DNA from: a virus
Virus record (IMG/VR): IMGVR_UViG_3300035670_000149
Location: 1 to 64,000 of that record
Reading direction: 5' to 3' (one strand)
Length of the DNA: 64,000 nt
The position numbers were made by a program, and so were the translations under genes. This document shows, in pieces, positions 37,383 through 44,636 of the stretch. The stretch's first letter is position 1; each line of letters opens with the position of its first letter. The notes below the pieces were generated by a model. The model saw only the letters and a list, made by a program, of their open reading frames with translations, did not search any database and was not told the origin of the DNA.

Positions 37383-37396
37383 CTAAGTATTTGTGC

Positions 37397-37834
37397 TTAT
37401 TTTCTAACAAACCAAAAAGACAAAGTATATCTTGTTCCACTGGTTATTTCTTTTACACAATGCTTGATGGTAGAATTTGAAAATATAACAAGTTTTCCCA
37501 CTTTTGGATCACATGTATAATTTTGAAAAATCGTTTGTCCACCTCGATAATCATCATTTAGATACAATATAGCAGAAAAAAGATCTCCTTCATCATAATG
37601 CCAATCCATTTTAGAACTTTTTGGCCACTGTACAATTTGACAAAGAGATAATTTCACATCACTGTTCAATGACATGCATATTTTTTCTATTTTATCAGTA
37701 ACTTGGGATATTTTTTCAATATTAAGTGGATATGTATCTCGATACTGAAATACTCTATCAGTATTTTGTAAGTAAAATTGAATTATTTTATCACAATCTG
37801 CTTTACTTAGAAAATTTTTATCAATATAAATCAT
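37397..37834 (-). CDS. 2OG-Fe(II) oxygenase (prolyl 4-hydroxylase-like)
   Basis: WHYD, YLNDDYRGGQT, HCVKEITSGTRYTLSFW. Confidence 0.88.
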   Translation of the reverse strand: MIYIDKNFLSKADCDKIIQFYLQNTDRVFQYRDTYPLNIEKISQVTDKIEKICMSLNSDVKLSLCQIVQWPKSSKMDWHYDEGDLFSAILYLNDDYRGGQTIFQNYTCDPKVGKLVIFSNSTIKHCVKEITSGTRYTLSFWFVRK

Positions 37835-37852
37835 GATAATTCCAAAAAATAA

Positions 37853-37924
37853 AGCCCCCGACTGGATTTGAACCAGCGACCAATGGTTTACAAAACCATT
37901 GCTCTACCACTGAGCTACAAGGGC
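37853..37924 (-). tRNA. tRNA-Thr(UGU)
   Basis: GCCCTTG/CGGGGGC acceptor, ATGGT-TTTGTAA-ACCAT anticodon arm, TTCAAAT T-loop; CCA not encoded. Confidence 0.93.
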
Positions 37925-37926
37925 AA

Positions 37927-38000
37927 TGGGCGTGGTGGGAGTCGAACCCACACTGGATGGATTTTAAGTCCACTTTCTCTGCCGATTGGAATACACGCCC
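37927..38000 (-). tRNA. tRNA-Leu(UAA), short variable region
   Basis: GGGCGTG/CACGCCC-A, GTGGA-CTTAAAA-TCCAT, 5-nt variable loop, TTCGACT. Confidence 0.9.
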
Positions 38001-38004
38001 TTAG

Positions 38005-38076
38005 TAGGACTGCTGAGACTTGAACTCAGTTCACACCGTTATAAGCAGTGGGCCTTAACCCATAGGCGACAGTCCC
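38005..38076 (-). tRNA. tRNA-Ile(UAU)
   Basis: GGGACTG/CAGTCCT-A, CACTG-CTTATAA-CGGTG, CTGAG-TTCAAGT-CTCAG. Confidence 0.9.
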
Positions 38077-38084
38077 TTGATGAA

Positions 38085-38309
38085 TTAGCTACCTTCGTCG
38101 TGGTCGGTATGTATTCGGACTAATTCATCCTCATCATTGTTTGTGAGACCTGATTTGATAACGTCTTTCAAATCTTCAAATTCTGATGCAGGAACAATCA
38201 TAAACTCTCCATGATCTTTGTCTGTGATAATGAAGGATTCTCCGTTTTCAACTCTATCAAAGAGTTCATCAAAATTTTCTTGGAATTGTTCTGTGGTGAA
38301 TTTTTGCAT
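38085..38309 (-). CDS. Phd/YefM antitoxin-like protein
   Basis: FTTEQFQENFDELFDRVENGESFIIT...MIVPASEFE. Confidence 0.7.
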   Translation of the reverse strand: MQKFTTEQFQENFDELFDRVENGESFIITDKDHGEFMIVPASEFEDLKDVIKSGLTNNDEDELVRIHTDHDEGS

Positions 38310-38431
38310 TTCTTGCGATAAAAACGGAGAACTTCTTCGTAAAGGTTAGGTGAATACCTATTCATAAAAAGTAATAGGGTACTTTTTTACCGGAGTTTTT
38401 TATACCCGATTTTTGGAATAAAAAGTGAATT

Positions 38432-38632
38432 TTAGTTTGAGACAGCGACCAAAGGACTTGCATAAACCAGGGTCTCATCATCAAGGACTGAACGACAGAA
38501 TTCTAGCACACTCATGAACTCTTCAATCCTTTCACAGTCAACAATCTTTTCATTTCCTTGATTGCTGTACAAAATGAATCGGCGGGCAGAAGTGTCAACG
38601 ACACAGCGAGTCAGATAGTCTTCCTCTTGCAT
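38432..38632 (-). CDS. Conserved cyanophage hypothetical protein
   Basis: 66 aa ORF after a sigma70-like promoter. Confidence 0.65.
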   Translation of the reverse strand: MQEEDYLTRCVVDTSARRFILYSNQGNEKIVDCERIEEFMSVLEFCRSVLDDETLVYASPLVAVSN

Positions 38633-38655
38633 GATAGGATCTCGGTTACCTATCT

Positions 38656-38713
38656 AGTTTAGCACGGATCAAGGGCAATGGCAAGAGGAGTGTGCCAGTT
38701 TTTCAGGTGTCCC
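38656..38713 (-). promoter_or_regulatory. Early/middle promoter with upstream palindromic box
   Basis: AACTGGCACA-CTCCTC-TTGCCA-17-TAAACT. Confidence 0.6.
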
Positions 38714-39350
38714 TACCATAATCATATCCAGCAATTGAATACTGGCTAGGGTCTCCAGGATAATCCGCAGGAGATTCTCCTTCATATTCGGGAATCAATG
38801 GTTCACCATCTTTTCTTGCTCCATGTACAAGATAGAAGCAATCAATATTAGATCCACTCTCAGATTTTACTTTAATCTGAGTTCCCCACTTAATTTCCTC
38901 AACCAAAAGATTTTGATTGGTTCCGATTGGGGTAAGATGCACCGTGATCGTATCTGCATCAACCAAATCTCTCCAATAATCTGGAAGATGAATTATGTTC
39001 GTGCCACTAATACGACCCCTGGCATAAACACCAGCTTCTGGTCCTTCAAGACAAACGTATCGCAAACGATGCCCATCTTTTGATGGGTGTTGAATATCAA
39101 ATCCTTTCCAAGACTGAACATTGATATTTCCTTGAAATGTAGGGGCAGTCACGGTTCCAGAACAATTGATATCTCCATCAACTTGAAGATCCTCTTCAAA
39201 TAATCCATTCTTCAAATGACAAGACACTTCATTACAGCAATCTGCTTCAAGATTATCTGCACGTCCGAAAGTTTCATCTTGTTCCCATACACTGGCTCCG
39301 CATCCAACATCTGGATCGGGATACAGTCCTTGACATCCTCCATGTGGCAT
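38703..39350 (-). CDS. Baseplate/tail-associated protein
   Basis: FDIQHP..LRYVCLEGPEAGVYARG domain; paralog of next gene. Confidence 0.65.
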   Translation of the reverse strand: MPHGGCQGLYPDPDVGCGASVWEQDETFGRADNLEADCCNEVSCHLKNGLFEEDLQVDGDINCSGTVTAPTFQGNINVQSWKGFDIQHPSKDGHRLRYVCLEGPEAGVYARGRISGTNIIHLPDYWRDLVDADTITVHLTPIGTNQNLLVEEIKWGTQIKVKSESGSNIDCFYLVHGARKDGEPLIPEYEGESPADYPGDPSQYSIAGYDYGRDT

Positions 39351-39360
39351 AATTTACCTC

Positions 39361-40062
39361 CTATTGTCCAACAAATTTATCAGTTAAAAGATCCTGTGCA
39401 GGAAAAACATTGGGTTCACGTGGAGTATCTGCTCTCTCTCCGTAAACTGTGTAATAGCAATTGATAGGAAGTGCAGAATGAGAATCAATTACGATCTCTA
39501 GTCCCTGAATTCCTTTTACGAATAAAACCTGAGGTGCTCCGATTGGAGTCAGGTTTACCGTGATTGAATCTTTATGAATCAACCACTCCCATTCGTCAGG
39601 AAGACGAATGATATTATTTCCTCTCAGTTTTCCACGTACAAATACGTCCTTTGTAGGACCTTCAATACATGTGTAACGAAGTTTATATCCTGGTTTTTTT
39701 GCATGATCAATAACAAAGTTGCAGCTGCCTTTGTTAATTGTAGAAATGAATGCCTTTCTTGCATTTATCTTGTCTGCAACAAGAGTTTTTGTTTTTGTCT
39801 CTTGTTCTACCCAAAGATTATCACGAATATGCTCATCATCCTTTACTTCTAATGCAAAAGCACCTTGTTGCTCTGCACTTTTGTTGATCATCACAGTTCC
39901 CTCCATGAGACCAAACTTATCAGGAGATCCTACATGAAGTCCATTTTCAATGTACTGACTGCCTAGAATTTTTTCGTCGTCAGTTTTACCAACACATGAT
40001 GAGGTTTGACCTCCCACCACACATTGTTTATGAACCTGTTCGTCATCAAATGTCCAAGCCAT
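39361..40062 (-). CDS. Baseplate/tail-associated protein
   Basis: FVIDH..LRYTCIEGP..VFVRG domain. Confidence 0.65.
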   Translation of the reverse strand: MAWTFDDEQVHKQCVVGGQTSSCVGKTDDEKILGSQYIENGLHVGSPDKFGLMEGTVMINKSAEQQGAFALEVKDDEHIRDNLWVEQETKTKTLVADKINARKAFISTINKGSCNFVIDHAKKPGYKLRYTCIEGPTKDVFVRGKLRGNNIIRLPDEWEWLIHKDSITVNLTPIGAPQVLFVKGIQGLEIVIDSHSALPINCYYTVYGERADTPREPNVFPAQDLLTDKFVGQ

Positions 40063-40065
40063 TTC

Positions 40066-40638
40066 TTACTCCACAATTTTGTCTTCTTGAGATGTTCCTC
40101 TTTTGCCATATCTAGAGGAAGCTGACTGTCCAGTACACTGAGAACCATACATTCCCAGAGTCCCATTGGATTTTAGTTCCATTTTATTTTCACTATTCAA
40201 TTCACATTTTTGTTTGCCGTTAACAATGACTTCTGGAGAATTCAGTTCAATTTTAGAATTGGATTTGAGTGTGATGACACCATCATCAGAATTACTTCCC
40301 AATGCTTCTATCGTGACATTTTTTCCCTGAATTTCAACATCACCACACTGACAAGTCAAACACAACCTCCCATTTTCAACTTGAATATTGAAAACAATAT
40401 CAGGTCTGGTTCTATCCTGCCCAGTTTTTATAATAATTCCGCCAGGAGATTCAAGAGTCGTGGTACTAAACGTGCCATTGCCCATGGGACGATCAATGTC
40501 CATGTAAAGACGATGACGTACATCTTGTTTGTTTCCAAGATATACAGCAGCTCTTACATTATCTGGATCTAATATTCCAAAATTTAGTTGTCCGTAATTA
40601 TTTTCTGTATAACTTGTAAAATCATTATTTTTAGACAT
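40066..40638 (-). CDS. Beta-helical spike-like protein (gp5 C-terminal-like)
   Basis: Alternating beta repeats; directly downstream of gp5. Confidence 0.5.
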   Translation of the reverse strand: MSKNNDFTSYTENNYGQLNFGILDPDNVRAAVYLGNKQDVRHRLYMDIDRPMGNGTFSTTTLESPGGIIIKTGQDRTRPDIVFNIQVENGRLCLTCQCGDVEIQGKNVTIEALGSNSDDGVITLKSNSKIELNSPEVIVNGKQKCELNSENKMELKSNGTLGMYGSQCTGQSASSRYGKRGTSQEDKIVE

Positions 40639-43117
40639 TAATCTTTCCTACGCAATCAACAACACTAATAATTTGATCTTGAGTCACCTGAGTCAACACT
40701 TCATCAAGATTATCTCTTCCTCTGTACTTGATTCTGAGATATGGTGTAAGTTTAGCACCGGCACCAGTCTGAGTATTTATGACAACTTCAGGAATGTTTG
40801 TAAAACCAATTCCTCTTTGATCATCTGGAATATTAACTCCAAGAATAGAACCATTCAGAGAAAGAATTGGTTCAAGAGTAATTGTATTACCATCACCAGT
40901 GATAGTAATTGTATCTCCATTATTATATGAAATGCCGGTTTTGTCAACATTTATTTCATCCAATTCCATTACAACAGGATATGCAATTGGACTCAAATCA
41001 ACATCATCAACAGTTGGAATTGGTGTGACAATACTTATTGGACCAGGAACAACAAATCCATTACCATCTGTTAGACCTCTTCCACATTGATACCCACTTG
41101 CATCATTTCCCTGCTGATCAACTGTTCCTTCTGGGAATTCAACACATCCTCCTGATGGTAAGAACACAATAGATCCTGCTGGGACATTCACCCCTCTTTC
41201 AGGGTTGATTGTAATTTGTTCTCCATCCTCAGTTCTGACAATAGTTTGCTCTGGTGTTGCAAACACCTGTCCGCTGGCACCAACAGACCCATCTGGTGCA
41301 GGTGGATAACCAATTCCTGGTTCATCAATTACAATCTTATCCAGAGTTCCATCTTCATTCAGGATTGCTCTTCCTGATGCACCACCACCTTGACCACAAT
41401 TACTGATAAAGTTTACGGACGGAACACTGTTGTACACAGCGTTTAGAGCATCACTACCTTGCAAGTCAACGCCGATGATATATCCTGCCTGATTGATTAC
41501 AGCATTAGCAGTTGTTTCTACAATGCCACCACCAAAAATTACGGCAAGTGGTGGTTCGCATGTGTTCGCAAAAGGATTACATTCTTGAAGGGCATTCAAT
41601 GCCTCTCCAGGAATACCAGCAATAGTTTCTACAGCACCAGTAACTGTACCAACAGCACCTTCTACTGCACCAACAACACCTTGAACAGAACCGATTGCAC
41701 CTTCAACAGAACCTCTCAAATTGCTACCAGCACTAAGAAGAGATCCAATAGGTTCTGGAACAATTGGAGCTCCTCCTAGAGCACTACTTACAAAACCAAA
41801 AAAGTCGCTTGGTTTTGTGGACTGATTTCCAGTCAACATATTAAACTGCGAAATTTCTGCACACTTTGTTTCACTTTTACAGGTGAACAATGATTTAAGA
41901 GATGCCAGAAAATCTGCTGCATCCATCAGAGGAATTTTAACTGCTCCTATTGCACCTAAAAGACTATCTAAGATATTTGTGACCGAACCTAAAACAGAAT
42001 TGACTGCTTCAAGAGCACTATTCAGCATGTTACCAATTACATTATCAATGATACAATCAAGAGCACCAGTAACTTTGCCGATCATATCTTGAAGAAGACC
42101 ATTCAGGGTGCTTTCCAATCCACCGATAATATTTTCAAAAAGACAACCAAGACCTTCTAATGCTTTGTCAAGTTGATCCTTAAATTTACCCATTTTATCA
42201 ATGGGAAGTTTGATTGATAGTTTTGCTGCTCTTTCAGAAACTTCTCTTGTCATCACACCACGGACTCTTTCCATGATGTTCTTCACATAGGCAGCAATAC
42301 CATCTTTTGCTCTTGCAATTTCATTCTGTATATTACCAATTTTGAAATTGAGTGGATCAAGATAAATTCCCTGTTGCTTTTGAATAAATGCAACCTGCTT
42401 TTGCAACCTTCTTATGAGAAGAGCAATCCCTTCTTTTTCATTATTATCTGCACATTTTGCTCCTACTGCTGTTTCACTTGTATTACCTCCGTTTGTATGT
42501 GCAGCATATGTTCCATGACTTTTAGTCTGGTTTGGAGACTGTTCAAGAGTCGCGCCAGATTGTGCAGTAGTTGGTTGTACTTGTACTCCAGCACCACCCA
42601 CACTAGCAGGTGGTGATGCTGGATCTGGTTTTCCTGGAGCTCCATCTTTTTTGATATTGTGTGGAGACTCAACCAGTCCATTTGAATACCCAGACATTGG
42701 AGTATTACCAATGGTCGGAATCTGTTTACCAAAATCTAATTGACTAGATTTATCAAGCACTCCCATGACAACGGGTTGTTGTGCGTCTTCACCGTCCAAG
42801 AAAAATCCAAATACAAACTCACCGCCAGAAAAATTAGCACTTTGAGACATTCCACCTTGAGATCCACCAGCAGTGACTGGTTTCATGCAGTATGCCCACG
42901 GCAAATCATCATCAGTCAAAGCTTTGGTATCAGCAGTGTGATACCCAATGATTCTGACCTTTACTCTTTCTTTGAATCCAGGCAGATCTGCTTGAGTCGG
43001 AACAGGAAGTTCTGGTACGTTTCTTTTCCAGGCATTGGAATGAACTACTTGTCCAATCCACCAGTAAAATCCATCACGACCTACAAAATTTTTCTTCAGT
43101 AAAGATTCTTCAATCAT
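40631..43117 (-). CDS. gp5: Baseplate hub / central spike protein
   Basis: GRDGFYWWIGQV, RVKVRIIGYH, LPWA, VFGFFLDGEDAQQPVVMG (gp5 OB fold). Confidence 0.88.
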   Translation of the reverse strand: MIEESLLKKNFVGRDGFYWWIGQVVHSNAWKRNVPELPVPTQADLPGFKERVKVRIIGYHTADTKALTDDDLPWAYCMKPVTAGGSQGGMSQSANFSGGEFVFGFFLDGEDAQQPVVMGVLDKSSQLDFGKQIPTIGNTPMSGYSNGLVESPHNIKKDGAPGKPDPASPPASVGGAGVQVQPTTAQSGATLEQSPNQTKSHGTYAAHTNGGNTSETAVGAKCADNNEKEGIALLIRRLQKQVAFIQKQQGIYLDPLNFKIGNIQNEIARAKDGIAAYVKNIMERVRGVMTREVSERAAKLSIKLPIDKMGKFKDQLDKALEGLGCLFENIIGGLESTLNGLLQDMIGKVTGALDCIIDNVIGNMLNSALEAVNSVLGSVTNILDSLLGAIGAVKIPLMDAADFLASLKSLFTCKSETKCAEISQFNMLTGNQSTKPSDFFGFVSSALGGAPIVPEPIGSLLSAGSNLRGSVEGAIGSVQGVVGAVEGAVGTVTGAVETIAGIPGEALNALQECNPFANTCEPPLAVIFGGGIVETTANAVINQAGYIIGVDLQGSDALNAVYNSVPSVNFISNCGQGGGASGRAILNEDGTLDKIVIDEPGIGYPPAPDGSVGASGQVFATPEQTIVRTEDGEQITINPERGVNVPAGSIVFLPSGGCVEFPEGTVDQQGNDASGYQCGRGLTDGNGFVVPGPISIVTPIPTVDDVDLSPIAYPVVMELDEINVDKTGISYNNGDTITITGDGNTITLEPILSLNGSILGVNIPDDQRGIGFTNIPEVVINTQTGAGAKLTPYLRIKYRGRDNLDEVLTQVTQDQIISVVDCVGKINV

Positions 43118-43329
43118 CAGTCTTCGTAGATTCTACATTCAGATGCACTTGGATTTTCATCGCAGTACATATCAAATGCGGTTGGAACATAATCTTCATC
43201 TGGATGATTTGCTTGATACTTTTCTAAATGATCAAGTTCATCGGTTATACGACGACGCATTTGTGGTGATAGATTCGCATCATCCAGCAAATCTTTATAG
43301 TCATTTATATATTGTTGAATAGTTGTCAT
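43117..43329 (-). CDS. cp12: CP12 Calvin-cycle inhibitor
   Basis: C-terminal FDMYCDENPSASECRIYED signature. Confidence 0.9.
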   Translation of the reverse strand: MTTIQQYINDYKDLLDDANLSPQMRRRITDELDHLEKYQANHPDEDYVPTAFDMYCDENPSASECRIYED

Positions 43330-43334
43330 TTGTT

Positions 43335-44636
43335 TTACTTGGCAAATGAATCTCTAACGAGACCTAATCTAGTTAGGCATCTTTCTGGAGTTATATAGTG
43401 GCAGAGTGTTGCAATTGTATACTTTTCACTTGTTGCTTTATCTTTTTCTGGTGCAGTTCCTAGTCCTTTTCTTGATGGGAAAATACACTCAATAACATCA
43501 CCAGCTCTCAAAGAAAAGTCTCCTTCAACAGTAATAGACGCTTTGATGGTGAACAATTGATTGTATCTCATGATAGATTGAACCATTCTTTCAATCACTT
43601 TATCATTTGTTCTTGCTTTATCCGACTTCCAATACTCAAGTTGAGATGTGGCATCCTTACCAATAGGTAAAGTGCCAACATCAAGAATTGTAGACATTAA
43701 TCTGGTAGGACTGTCAGTAAATTGTTTATTTACAAAATCAAATCCAGAAGGTTTTCCAGAGTGTCCAATGTTTTTTTGCTGAGTAATGTCATATGTTTTT
43801 ACATCTACTTTGAATGCATAAGGATCAAAATAGATGGTTCTGTTATGATAAACTCCTAACATCATATCTGTTTGAACATCAATATTTTTATTCACATCAT
43901 ATGATAAAATTTTCTTTTCTCCTTTTGGAAGAGTTGCGACACTATCAGTAAATCTATAAATTCCTTTTGATTTATTGGTAAGGAGACCATCAACTGACTT
44001 AAAACAAAACCCATCTTGAGTTTGATAGAAAAGAAACCCTGCAGTCTTTCCGTAATCCTTTGCTGGTATTGATTTAGTACCTAACCAAGAACAAGTATAG
44101 AATGGTTTTCTATCATTTCCAATGAAAGCATATGCATTAGAAGTCTCTTCAATATTTTCACTTTTGTAGTGTTTTGTTTTTAGAGTTTCATCCAATACTT
44201 TTTTTACAGTCTCGCTTACTTTTCCTTCATATCTTTTTACTACTCTGGTTTTTTCGTTAGAAAAATATTCTTTGCTTACCAAACCAAATTCAATTGATGA
44301 AAGTGTAGCATCGGCATTTGGCACACTTACAGTATTAACATACAGTTCATGTTTTGAAAAGTCAATAAGATTCCCAAAAGAATCCTTTGCGACCATTCTT
44401 ACTTCCTCTCCGCCACGAACAGGAAGATAGTTTAGAAGACCTTCTGTTTGCCCACTTCTATCTGAACCTGTCCTCGTAGTTGATTCTATAACAGATACTG
44501 TGGCTGTAATAAAATTAGAAAGAATATTCTCATAATAACTAAACGAAGCGATACCCTCTCTAATGTCAACAGTTTTGCCATTGTCTTTAGATTCCTGTAT
44601 TTCAAATCGTGTAAAATTTGATTCTCTTGCTGACAT
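43335..44636 (-). CDS. Baseplate hub protein (gp27-like)
   Basis: YYENI, LPVRGGE, FLFYQTQDGFCFKSVD, GDFSLRAGDVI, LVRDSF; upstream of gp5. Confidence 0.7.
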   Translation of the reverse strand: MSARESNFTRFEIQESKDNGKTVDIREGIASFSYYENILSNFITATVSVIESTTRTGSDRSGQTEGLLNYLPVRGGEEVRMVAKDSFGNLIDFSKHELYVNTVSVPNADATLSSIEFGLVSKEYFSNEKTRVVKRYEGKVSETVKKVLDETLKTKHYKSENIEETSNAYAFIGNDRKPFYTCSWLGTKSIPAKDYGKTAGFLFYQTQDGFCFKSVDGLLTNKSKGIYRFTDSVATLPKGEKKILSYDVNKNIDVQTDMMLGVYHNRTIYFDPYAFKVDVKTYDITQQKNIGHSGKPSGFDFVNKQFTDSPTRLMSTILDVGTLPIGKDATSQLEYWKSDKARTNDKVIERMVQSIMRYNQLFTIKASITVEGDFSLRAGDVIECIFPSRKGLGTAPEKDKATSEKYTIATLCHYITPERCLTRLGLVRDSFAK

